DNA of 64,000 bases from Gemmatimonadota bacterium (GTDB taxonomy: Bacteria > Gemmatimonadota > Gemmatimonadetes > Gemmatimonadales > Gemmatimonadaceae). Position numbers and translations under genes: made by a program. How positions within the stretch are numbered: position 1 is the first letter of the stretch; each line of letters starts with the position of its first letter. This document shows positions 51,898-59,864 of the stretch, piece after piece. Where the stretch lies: NCBI GenBank assembly GCA_021413975.1, contig JAIOPJ010000020.1:57975-121974 (forward strand). Direction: 5' to 3'. Under the pieces are notes generated by a model, which was given only the letters and a program-made list of their open reading frames with translations, was not told the DNA's origin and ran no database searches.

Positions 51898-54800
51898 TTA
51901 GTAGCCGACATCGACGCTGAAGAAGAACTGACGGCTCGTCGGGAACGGCGCGAGATCGATGAACCGGTTGAAGTTCGTGTTGCCGAAGTTGTTGAACTCC
52001 GGATCGTAGGACCAGTAATCGGTCTTCGTCCAGAGGTTGCGGCCGGAGAGGCTCACGCGGAGGTCCTTCGCGCCCTTGAGGTACTTGGCCGTGAACGACG
52101 CCGGTGCGGCGTACGAGATCGTGATCTCGCGGAGCTTCAGGTACGTGCCCGGCTGGATGTAGACGCGGCTGTCGCCGGCCGAGAACGTGTCGTAGTAGCG
52201 GTACAGGCCCTTCGTCGTGCCGTTGAACGGCTCGTCGAAGTCGCGCGAGTTGCCGCCCTCGTCCCAGAGGTTCATGGTCATGTTCGAGACCAGGCCACCG
52301 TTACGCCAGTCGAGCAGCGTCGACATCGTCCAGCGACCGTACGTGAAGTCGTTGCTGAACTGCGTCTGGTGGTACGGGTTGGCGTCGCCGACGATCGTGT
52401 CGCGCACCGCGCCACCGGCACCCATCGGGGCATTCGCCCACACGAGCGTGGAGCGCAGGCCCGAGGCGATGCGGTTGCGGCCGTACGTGGCGCCGAACGA
52501 ACCCGGCACCGCGAAGTCCGGCACCCGCTGACCGTTGACTGTGATGTTGTCCACGTTCTGGACGTTGTTCGTGTAGTTGATGCGCGAGGTCCAGGTGAAC
52601 TGGCCGCGCTGCACCGGGATGCCGGTCAGGCCGACCTCCCAACCCTTCACCGACAACTGGCCGCCGTTCACGACCTGGTTCCCGAGGCCCGACGAGGGCG
52701 GCAGCGGGAAGGTGAGGAGCAGGTCGGAGATGATGCGCTGGTAGCGCGTCACTTCGACGTTGATGCGCTGCTTGAGGAACGAGGCGTCGATGCCCATGTC
52801 CACTTCGTTCATCGTCTCGGGCTTGATCAGCGGATTGCCCAGCGTGCCCGCCGAGACGAGCGAACCGCGCCCGTCGATGATGCCGCCGTTGGCGAAGAGC
52901 ACGTCACGGTCCGCATAGCGCGGACGGTTGCCCGACTGGCCCCACGACGCGCGGAGATTGAGCTCGTCGGTGTACTCGGTCATCCAGCGCGGATTCTCGA
53001 AGCGATACGCCGCCGAGACCTTCGGGAAGAAGTAGTACTTCTCGCGGTCGCCGTTGGCCGACGAGCGGTCGGCGCGGAAACCGGCAGCCATCGAGAGTCG
53101 CTCATTGAGGAACAGGGCCTGCTCGTTCACGTAGAGCGACTGGTCCTTGAACGCCTGACGGCCATCCTCGACCACCGTCTCGGCGGCGCCGGACGAGAGT
53201 CCGACCGTCGGGAGCAGTCCGCGGCCGCGCGTACGGTACGTCTTCGTGGCCTGGTCCTCGGACGTGCCGCCGAACGAGGTCGTCATGTTGTTGATCCAGG
53301 AGATCCGCGGGGTCCACGTCCAGATGACGTTGACGCCCTGGTTCATCTGGAAGACCTGCGAGGTCGAGATCGACGACGTGCCGGCGAAGTTGTCGTTCGG
53401 CTCGAACTGCAGGAACGGCGGGGAGAAGCCGATGCCGTCCTGATGGAAGCGGTCGAGGCCCGCCGCGTACGAGATGTTGATGTTGTGCTGGGCGCTCGAG
53501 TAGGCCTGGTACGCGAACCGGACGTTGCCGGTCTGGCGCCAGACTTCCTCGTTGTTCTTGATGTACTCGGCATTGGCGAACGGGTTCGACACCGACGAGC
53601 CGCCGGCGTAGAACGGGTTCACCGGCCACGACCCGTCGGCCTTCTGGCGCATGTCGATGACGTGGGGGATGTAGCCCAGGTCATAGGTCGGCGAGATGCC
53701 GGCGTTGTTGTTGTTCGTGATGCCGCGCTGGTTGAAGTTGCGCGTGATGCCCAGGCCGGCCGCGATCGTGAAGTTGCCGCCGATCGTCTGGTCGAGGTTC
53801 AGGCGGGCCGCGGTGCGGCGCGCGCCGGTGCGGAGCATGATGCCCGCCTCCTGCTTGTCGCTCACCGAGCCGAAGTACTTCGTGTTCCCCGAGCCGCCGC
53901 GCGTCGAGAGGATCGTCTCGTACGTCGGGTCGGTCTGCCCGAAGATCTGCTGCTCGTAGTCGTAGTTCGTGCAGTTCGGGTTGCAGAGCGAGCGGGCGAC
54001 GGCGACCGCGGCCGCGTTGCCGACCCACTGCGTGCTGTCCGCGCCCGCGGGCACGAGGTCCGTGATCGTGTCCCACCGACGGAAGCCGATCTTGCGGTAC
54101 AGCGCCGCCGTGCCGACGCGCTGCGTGATGTTCCAGCTCGGCGCGCCGGAGCGGCCGCGCTTGGTCGTGATCACCACGACGCCGTTCGTCGCGCGCGAGC
54201 CGTAGATGGCCGAGGCCGCCGCCGACTTCAGCACTTCGACGCTCTCGATGTCCGACGGGTTGATGTCGGCGAGGCGGTTGACCTGGTTGTCCTGGCCGCC
54301 GCCGATGCCGCCGCCGGCACGCGAGATCGAGTTCGCGGCGTTCGGGATGCTGGCGTTCGAGACGATGACGCCGTCGATCACGTAGAGCGGGTCGCCCTGG
54401 CCGATGATCGAGGTCGAGCCGCGGATCTGGATCTGTGCACCGCCACCGGGGGCGCCGTTGTTCTCGAACACGCGGGCGCCGAGGATCTTGCCCGTGAGCT
54501 GGTTCTCGATCGAGCGGGCCGGCACGCGGTTGAGCTCATCGGTGTTGACCGCGGCCACCGCGGTCGTCGCGTTGCGGCGGTCGATCGTCGTCGCCGCACC
54601 CGTGACCGTCACACCTTCGAGTTGCAGCACGTCCTTCTCGAGCGAGAAGTCCTGCGTCGAGGCGTTCGCCGCGACCTTCACGCTCACGCGCTTGTAGCTG
54701 ATGGCGCGGACGAGGAGTGTGACCTCGCCCTGCGGAACGCGGAGGCGGTACTCACCGCCCGCGTTCGTGCGGGCGCCGATCGGCTGGCCGAGCACCGTGA

Positions 54801-54939
54801 CACTGGCGTCGGCGAGCGGCGATCCGCCCACCTGCGTGACCTTACCTGTGATCTCTCGCGTTCCCTGCGCCCGCGCTTCGGTCCCACCGAGCGCGAGGCA
54901 GAAAGCGAGGATCGCGACGACGAGTTTCCTCGTTCCCAC
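51898..54939 (-). CDS. SusC/RagA-family TonB-linked outer-membrane protein
   Basis: Track ORF of 1013 aa. The GTG start has a GGAGG SD 5 nt upstream. The signal peptide is followed by a CarboxypepD_reg domain (ITGKVTQVGGSPLADASVTVLG...GEYRL). The plug motifs are IQIRGSTSI and PLYVIDGVIV. The C-terminus is FFFSVDVGY. Confidence 0.92.
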   Translation of the reverse strand: MGTRKLVVAILAFCLALGGTEARAQGTREITGKVTQVGGSPLADASVTVLGQPIGARTNAGGEYRLRVPQGEVTLLVRAISYKRVSVKVAANASTQDFSLEKDVLQLEGVTVTGAATTIDRRNATTAVAAVNTDELNRVPARSIENQLTGKILGARVFENNGAPGGGAQIQIRGSTSIIGQGDPLYVIDGVIVSNASIPNAANSISRAGGGIGGGQDNQVNRLADINPSDIESVEVLKSAAASAIYGSRATNGVVVITTKRGRSGAPSWNITQRVGTAALYRKIGFRRWDTITDLVPAGADSTQWVGNAAAVAVARSLCNPNCTNYDYEQQIFGQTDPTYETILSTRGGSGNTKYFGSVSDKQEAGIMLRTGARRTAARLNLDQTIGGNFTIAAGLGITRNFNQRGITNNNNAGISPTYDLGYIPHVIDMRQKADGSWPVNPFYAGGSSVSNPFANAEYIKNNEEVWRQTGNVRFAYQAYSSAQHNINISYAAGLDRFHQDGIGFSPPFLQFEPNDNFAGTSSISTSQVFQMNQGVNVIWTWTPRISWINNMTTSFGGTSEDQATKTYRTRGRGLLPTVGLSSGAAETVVEDGRQAFKDQSLYVNEQALFLNERLSMAAGFRADRSSANGDREKYYFFPKVSAAYRFENPRWMTEYTDELNLRASWGQSGNRPRYADRDVLFANGGIIDGRGSLVSAGTLGNPLIKPETMNEVDMGIDASFLKQRINVEVTRYQRIISDLLLTFPLPPSSGLGNQVVNGGQLSVKGWEVGLTGIPVQRGQFTWTSRINYTNNVQNVDNITVNGQRVPDFAVPGSFGATYGRNRIASGLRSTLVWANAPMGAGGAVRDTIVGDANPYHQTQFSNDFTYGRWTMSTLLDWRNGGLVSNMTMNLWDEGGNSRDFDEPFNGTTKGLYRYYDTFSAGDSRVYIQPGTYLKLREITISYAAPASFTAKYLKGAKDLRVSLSGRNLWTKTDYWSYDPEFNNFGNTNFNRFIDLAPFPTSRQFFFSVDVGY

Positions 54940-55011
54940 GTTGCCTCCGAAAATTGAGAAGGGTGTACCGCGCTGTACCTTGCATCACATCGCGTCGTCA
55001 CCGGTGCGCAA

Positions 55012-55027
55012 CGGTTCCTCGGAACCG
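55012..55027. promoter_or_regulatory. 16-bp palindrome CGGTTCC-tc-GGAACCG in the susC/plug-protein divergent intergenic region
   Basis: It has perfect 7-bp arms and a 2-nt centre. It lies 73 nt upstream of the susC-like start. Confidence 0.3.
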
Positions 55028-55111
55028 ACAGCGCGGATGGACCGGGCGATATGACCCGCCCCAAAAGGCATCATTCCCGGCGCCGCCGCAAGGCCAACAC
55101 ATATGAAGATG

Positions 55112-55127
55112 CTGACCGAACGGTCAG
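55112..55127. promoter_or_regulatory. 16-bp palindrome CTGACCG-aa-CGGTCAG in the same intergenic region
   Basis: It has perfect 7-bp arms and a 2-nt centre, next to an AT-rich patch (acacatatgaagatg). It lies 68 nt upstream of the plug-protein ATG. Confidence 0.35.
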
Positions 55128-55194
55128 TCAGTATCGACCCCCCGACCACGGACTTGAGTTGAACCCCCGGCCATACCCGGTGTACCATGCGCCG

Positions 55195-56007
55195 ATGAAG
55201 CGCACCCTCGTTCTCGGATTGGCCGGCCTCGTGCTCGCCGCCGTCGCTCGTCCCGCCGCCGCGCAACGGATCGATCCCGTGCGCCCGGGGCCGGTCACGC
55301 CGCCGCCGCCCCGGACCACCGGGGTCATCGACGGGGCCGTCACCGACAGCCTGCTCCGCCCCATCGGCTTCGCGGAGATCACGATCCTCCGCACCGACAT
55401 CAAGCTGCAGACGAACTCCGCCGGGCGCTTCCGCTTCCTCGACGTGCCGGCCGGTCAGTACCTGCTCATCGTCCGCCGCATCGGCTTCCGGCCGGTCTCG
55501 GCGATCATCCAAGTCGCCATGCGCGACACCCTGCGCCTCTCGTTCACCATGGAGACCGCGGTCCAGTCGCTCGAGACGGTCACGGTCGTCGAGGAGCGGC
55601 GCTCCCTCCGGATGATCGAGTTCGAGAAGCGTCAGCGGGAGGGATTCGGGTTCTTCATCACGAACGCGCAGATCGAGCAGCGCAATCTCCCCGTCGCCGC
55701 GGACTACCTGCGCTTCGCCCCGGGGATCACGCTCGCCCCCTCGCCGCAGCCGTCCGGCAATCCTGAGCTCGTCGCGATCAGCAAGCGAGAGGGCGGCTCG
55801 ATCTACGGGGACGGTGCCGGCGCCTGTGCCATGCAGGTCGTCATCGACGGCGTCCCCATGCCCGCGCGCTTCCCGCTCGAGCTGCTCCCCACGCCCAAGG
55901 AGATCGCCGGCATCGAGATCTACAACGGTGCCGCGACGGTCCCGCCGCAGTTCAGCGGCGTCGATCGGCGCTGCGGGATGATCCTCGTCTGGACCAAGGA
56001 CTACTGA
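55195..56007 (+). CDS. CarboxypepD_reg domain + TonB-receptor plug domain protein lacking a beta-barrel
   Basis: Frame of track ORF 55051..56007, starting at ATG 55195 with the signal MKRTLVLGLAGLVLAAVARPAAAQ. The CarboxypepD_reg-like part is IDGAVTDSLLRPIGFAEITI...GRFRFLDVPAGQYLLIV. The plug-like part is DYLRFAPGITL, VVIDGVPMP and IAGIEIYNGAATVP. The protein ends after the plug (270 aa). Confidence 0.75.
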   Translation: MKRTLVLGLAGLVLAAVARPAAAQRIDPVRPGPVTPPPPRTTGVIDGAVTDSLLRPIGFAEITILRTDIKLQTNSAGRFRFLDVPAGQYLLIVRRIGFRPVSAIIQVAMRDTLRLSFTMETAVQSLETVTVVEERRSLRMIEFEKRQREGFGFFITNAQIEQRNLPVAADYLRFAPGITLAPSPQPSGNPELVAISKREGGSIYGDGAGACAMQVVIDGVPMPARFPLELLPTPKEIAGIEIYNGAATVPPQFSGVDRRCGMILVWTKDY

Positions 56008-56028
56008 CGGCGGGGGCGGCCCGTCCGG

Positions 56029-56454
56029 TCAGGCGAGTTCGAGCGTCCACTCCACCGGCATCGCCGCATCGAGGCTGTCGCGCACCGAGCAGTACTTGGT
56101 CACCGCGAGCTCGATCGCGCGCTCGGCATGCACCCGCTCGATCCCCACGCCGCGCAGCTTGTAGATGATGTGGATCCGTTCGAGGCGCGCGGGCACGGCG
56201 GCGGCCCGGTCCCCCTTCACCTCGATCGTCAGCCCCTGCACGGGCGTGCGGCGCTTCTCGAGGATGTCCACCACATCGGTGCCGGTGCAGGCCGCGAGTG
56301 CGCAGAGCAGCGTGTCCACCGGACCGGGACCGGTCGTGGCGTCGGCATCGATCCGGATGCTCTGCTGGCTCCCGAGGCGGCTCCCGTCGAAGCGGTGCTC
56401 GCCGTCCCACCGCACGACCACGTTGTTCACCTTCTTCGGTGCTCCCTCCGTCAT
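56029..56454 (-). CDS. OsmC/Ohr-family peroxiredoxin-like protein
   Basis: Track ORF 56029..56499. ATG 56454 overlaps the rhodanese stop (ATGA). The conserved Cys pair is in [10 protein letters not shown] and KYCSVRDSL. Confidence 0.85.
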   Translation of the reverse strand: MTEGAPKKVNNVVVRWDGEHRFDGSRLGSQQSIRIDADATTGPGPVDTLLCALAACTGTDVVDILEKRRTPVQGLTIEVKGDRAAAVPARLERIHIIYKLRGVGIERVHAERAIELAVTKYCSVRDSLDAAMPVEWTLELA

Positions 56455-57338
56455 GGCTCGCTCCCCAGCTTGATCGGTGTGCGAACGGCATTGCCCCATT
56501 CGGTCCAGCTGCCGTCGTAGTTGCGGACCTTCCTGTAGCCCAGCAGGTAGGTGAGCACGAACCAGGTATGCGACGACCGCTCGCCGATGCGGCAGTAGGT
56601 CACCACGTCCTTGGCGGGCGTGAGTCCGGCCTCGCCCTCATAGATCGCTCTCAACTCGGCCGCACCCCTGAATGACCCGTCGGCGTTGGCCGCCCTCGCC
56701 CACGGCACGCTGCGCGCGCCGGGGATGTGCCCGCCGCGCAACGTCCCCTCCTGCGGATAGTCGGGCATGTGCGTCCGCTCGCCCGTGTACTCCGGCGCGG
56801 AACGCACATCGATCATGGCGCCGTGGTTCCTCTGGTGCGTGAGCACGTCGGGCAGGAAGGCCCTGATGCGCGAATCATCGCGCGCCGGCGCGGTGTAGGT
56901 GGTGCGTGCGAAAGTCGGGACCTCCGTGGCCATCGGCCGGCCCTCGGCCTCCCACTTGGCGCGTCCGCCGTCGAGCAGGCGCACGTTGGTGAAGCCGAAG
57001 AGCTCGAACACCCAGAGCGCGTAGGCCGCCCACCAGTTGCTCTTGTCGCCGTAGAGGATCACCGGCGTGGTGCCGTCGATCCCGCGCGCCCGCAGCAGCT
57101 CACCGAAGGCCTCGCCCGAGACGTAGTCGCGCTGGACCGGGTCGTTCAGGTCGGCATGCCAGTCGATCTTCTGCGCGCCCGGGATGTGCCCCATGTCGTA
57201 CAGCAGGACATCCTCGTCGCTCTCGAGGATGCGCAGGGCCGGATCGTGCAGGTGCGCGGCGAGCCACTCGGTGCTCACCAGCTTCTCCGGCCGGGCGTAG
57301 CCCTTCGCCGCGATCGCGGACTCGGTCATGTTCGTCAT
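56451..57338 (-). CDS. Thiosulfate/3-mercaptopyruvate sulfurtransferase (tandem rhodanese)
   Basis: Track ORF of 295 aa with two rhodanese domains. The active-site loop is [11 protein letters not shown]. Confidence 0.9.
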   Translation of the reverse strand: MTNMTESAIAAKGYARPEKLVSTEWLAAHLHDPALRILESDEDVLLYDMGHIPGAQKIDWHADLNDPVQRDYVSGEAFGELLRARGIDGTTPVILYGDKSNWWAAYALWVFELFGFTNVRLLDGGRAKWEAEGRPMATEVPTFARTTYTAPARDDSRIRAFLPDVLTHQRNHGAMIDVRSAPEYTGERTHMPDYPQEGTLRGGHIPGARSVPWARAANADGSFRGAAELRAIYEGEAGLTPAKDVVTYCRIGERSSHTWFVLTYLLGYRKVRNYDGSWTEWGNAVRTPIKLGSEP

Positions 57339-57347
57339 CAGTGCAAC

Positions 57348-58619
57348 CTAGCGGGGTGCCGGGCGCCCGAAGGGGAGTCGGTTCAGGACCACGCGCCCGT
57401 TGGTGACGACGATCAGCACGTCCTGCAGCCAGGCCGGATCGTCGAGCGGGTTCCCCTCGAGCACGATCAGGTCCGCCTCGAGCCCGTCGGCCACGCGTCC
57501 CGTCCGTGCTCCGATGCCGAGCAGCTCCGCGGCACCGCTCGTCGCGGCCGCCAGCGCTTCGACCGAGGTGAGTCCGAGCCCGCGGAAGCGCATGACCTCG
57601 TGCGAGATCCGCGTGAGCCCCTCCGGGCCGTAGTCGGTGTCGGCGCCGGTCGCGAGACGGATCCCCATGGCATGCGCCCGGCGGATGGTGTCCTCGATCC
57701 GCGGCGCCATGTGCTGACCGCGCAGCACGAGCACGGGGTCGTCGTAGTCACCGCCCGGCTGCGTGAGGTCGACGATCGTCGAGAGCGTCGGGACGAGCCA
57801 GACCCCCTTCTGCTTCATGAGGCGCAGCGTCGAGTCGGAGAGGTACGTGCCGTGCTCGATGCTCTTCACGCCCGCCGCGACCGCCGCGTAGGCCCCTTCG
57901 TCGCCATGCGCATGCGCCATCACCGGGATGCCGCGCGTGGCCGCTTCCTCGACGATCGCGCGCAGCTGGCGCTCGTCATAGACCTGCTTGCGGGGATCGG
58001 TGTCGGGGAGTCCGGCCCGCTCGGTCCCGCGCGTCTTGATCCAGTCCACCCCATGGTCGAGGTTCACGCGCACCAGCGCGCGCAGCTGCTCCGGGGTGTT
58101 CACGCCGGCCGCGAGCGGACCGAGCCGTGCATCGGCGAGCACGGTCTCGCCGAGGTTCGGCGTCACGAACACGCCGGTCGCGAGGACGTCCGGGGCGACG
58201 ATCTGCCCCGCCTTGGCGAGGTCGCGCATCTCGACGTCCTGATACGCGGCCACGCTCGCCGAGCGCACGGTGGTCACGCCCGAGAAGAGCGCGCGCCGGG
58301 CGTTCGCGAGCGTCGCGATGTGCGTGTGCGCGTCGATCAGCCCCGGCGCGACCCAGCGGCCCGCGAGGTCGATGACCGTGGCACCGGATGGTACCGGGAG
58401 CCCCGGGCCGATGCGCACGATCCGTCCGCCGCTGACGATGATCGTCACGTCGCGCAGGACGGTCGCATCCAGGCCGTTCACGACATTGGCGTGGGTGAGG
58501 GCGACCGCCGGCGCGGGCGTCGACTGCGCGGCGAGCGCTGGTGCGCCGAGTGCTGGTGCGCCGAGTGCGAGTGCGCACGCGGCAGCGAGCGTGGTGACGG
58601 AGAGGGACGTGCGCGACAT
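57348..58619 (-). CDS. Secreted amidohydrolase-family metallo-hydrolase
   Basis: Track ORF 57348..58685. ATG 58619 gives the signal MSRTSLSVTTLAAACALALGAPALGAPALAAQ. Motifs are PGLIDAHTHI and MAHAHGDEG. Confidence 0.85.
   Translation of the reverse strand: MSRTSLSVTTLAAACALALGAPALGAPALAAQSTPAPAVALTHANVVNGLDATVLRDVTIIVSGGRIVRIGPGLPVPSGATVIDLAGRWVAPGLIDAHTHIATLANARRALFSGVTTVRSASVAAYQDVEMRDLAKAGQIVAPDVLATGVFVTPNLGETVLADARLGPLAAGVNTPEQLRALVRVNLDHGVDWIKTRGTERAGLPDTDPRKQVYDERQLRAIVEEAATRGIPVMAHAHGDEGAYAAVAAGVKSIEHGTYLSDSTLRLMKQKGVWLVPTLSTIVDLTQPGGDYDDPVLVLRGQHMAPRIEDTIRRAHAMGIRLATGADTDYGPEGLTRISHEVMRFRGLGLTSVEALAAATSGAAELLGIGARTGRVADGLEADLIVLEGNPLDDPAWLQDVLIVVTNGRVVLNRLPFGRPAPR
58537..58566 (-). 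repeat. Perfect 15-bp tandem duplication inside the signal-peptide codons of the amidohydrolase gene
   Basis: GCTGGTGCGCCGAGT occurs twice (58537-58551 and 58552-58566). On the minus strand this encodes the duplicated LGAPA-LGAPA. Confidence 0.9.
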
Positions 58620-58748
58620 GGTCAGGACCTCGATGGGCAGTTGGGCACCGGATCGCCTTCCGCCGAGTTCATCGGGAGACGGCATTCCGCTAATGTACCA
58701 GCGTCGCGGGCTTCCGCGACGGACACGCCAGACCCCGGATCATCATCG

Positions 58749-59072
58749 ATGGGCCAGTACGAGAAGCATGTGTTCGTCTGCACCGGCGGGAAGGACTGCG
58801 CCGCGCAGGACTCCGAAGCCACCTTCAACTTCCTCAAGGCCGGCCTGCGCGAGGCCGGTGTCGCCCAGCGCGTACGCGTGAACAAGTCCGGCTGCATGAG
58901 CCAGTGCGGCCATGGCCCCATGGTCGTGGTCTATCCCGAGGACGTCTGGTACCACGGCGTCGACGTGCCGGCGGCGCAGCGGATCCTCACCGGGCATCTC
59001 CTGGGTGGGGTGCCGGTGGAGGCGCAGCGCTACGTCGCACCGCCCGGCGACAACAAGCTCAAGAAGGATTGA
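58749..59072 (+). CDS. Thioredoxin-like [2Fe-2S] ferredoxin domain protein (copy 1)
   Basis: These are the last 107 codons of track ORF 56727..59072, whose upstream part is antisense shadow. The sequence is MGQYEKHVFVCTGGKDC...SGCMSQCGHGPMVVVYPEDVWY, with Cys ligands in a C-x6-C...C-x3-C pattern. Confidence 0.75.
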   Translation: MGQYEKHVFVCTGGKDCAAQDSEATFNFLKAGLREAGVAQRVRVNKSGCMSQCGHGPMVVVYPEDVWYHGVDVPAAQRILTGHLLGGVPVEAQRYVAPPGDNKLKKD

Positions 59073-59077
59073 GCGCG

Positions 59078-59419
59078 ATGCATGGCCCGGAGGCGATGAC
59101 CGCGGTCATGGAGCCGTACGCCCGCCATGTGCTCGTGTGCACGGGCGGCTTCTGCACCACCGACCGCAAGGGCCGCGGCCTCTACTCCCTGCTCGCGCAA
59201 TTGCTCCAGCGGGAGGACCTCCTCTTCGGTCCCCGCCGCGTGAAGCGCAGCGAGACGCCCTGCCTCGGCGTCTGCGCCGGTGGCCCGATCGTCGCGGTCT
59301 ACCCCGAGGGGGTCTGGTACGCCGGGGTCACGCCGCAGTTGCTCGAGCGGATCGTCGTGGAGCATCTACGCGACGGACGCGAGGTCAGCGAGGCGGTGTT
59401 CCACCGGCTAGGGACGTGA
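59078..59419 (+). CDS. Thioredoxin-like [2Fe-2S] ferredoxin domain protein (copy 2)
   Basis: Frame of track ORF 58904..59419, starting at ATG 59078. The sequence is HVLVCTGGFC...TPCLGVCAGGPIVAVYPEGVWY. It is a paralogue of the preceding gene, 5 nt downstream. Confidence 0.75.
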   Translation: MHGPEAMTAVMEPYARHVLVCTGGFCTTDRKGRGLYSLLAQLLQREDLLFGPRRVKRSETPCLGVCAGGPIVAVYPEGVWYAGVTPQLLERIVVEHLRDGREVSEAVFHRLGT

Positions 59420-59474
59420 GCCGATCGCCGTCGGCATTGTTGCTGGCGGCCCCGGGCGCGGCTACCCTTCGCGG

Positions 59475-59792
59475 GTGTCCATTCCCTCCGACGCGCGCCG
59501 CGGTTTCCTCGGCGTCGCCAAGAACTTCCTGCTCGAGAGCCCGAAGCCGCCCGCACCGACGGAGTTCGAGCCCCCGCGCCTGACCTTCGCAGCCCTGGAG
59601 AAGATCCCCATGTCCCGTTCCCGTGAGCGCATCCTCGCCAACCTCGAGGAGATGTACACCGAGGCCTTCAAGCGGGCGAAGGCCTCCGAGGACGAGGCGC
59701 AGATGGCGCAGCTCGACTTCGCGTACCGGCGCGAACAGCTCTACTTCGAGATCCTCCTCGACGTGCGCGACGCGACCGAACGGCGCGCCTGA
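59475..59792 (+). CDS. Hypothetical protein (105 aa)
   Basis: Track ORF with a GTG start and uniformly high GC3 in frame. The C-terminal half is helical (ILANLEEMYTEAFKRAKASEDEAQMAQLDFAYRREQLYFEILLDV). No family recognised. Confidence 0.5.
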   Translation: MSIPSDARRGFLGVAKNFLLESPKPPAPTEFEPPRLTFAALEKIPMSRSRERILANLEEMYTEAFKRAKASEDEAQMAQLDFAYRREQLYFEILLDVRDATERRA

Positions 59793-59864
59793 GCGTGGCG
59801 GCGTCCCTCGCGTGGCGATGAGCGCCGCGCCGCGGACGCCGCGCTCCATCCCACCTCCGGGCCG

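Noticed and set aside
51859-54957. 1032-aa plus-strand ORF
   Set aside because: It is exactly antisense to the SusC-type gene, which has unmistakable domain motifs. Its composition is Arg/Asp/Val/His/Gly-rich low-complexity, typical of shadow ORFs in high-GC DNA, and no motif is recognisable.
56727-58748. N-terminal 674 codons of the 781-aa plus-strand ORF 56727..59072
   Set aside because: This part is antisense to the rhodanese and amidohydrolase genes and has shadow-ORF composition. Only the last 107 codons, from ATG 58749, form a recognisable 2Fe-2S ferredoxin with its own intergenic region upstream.
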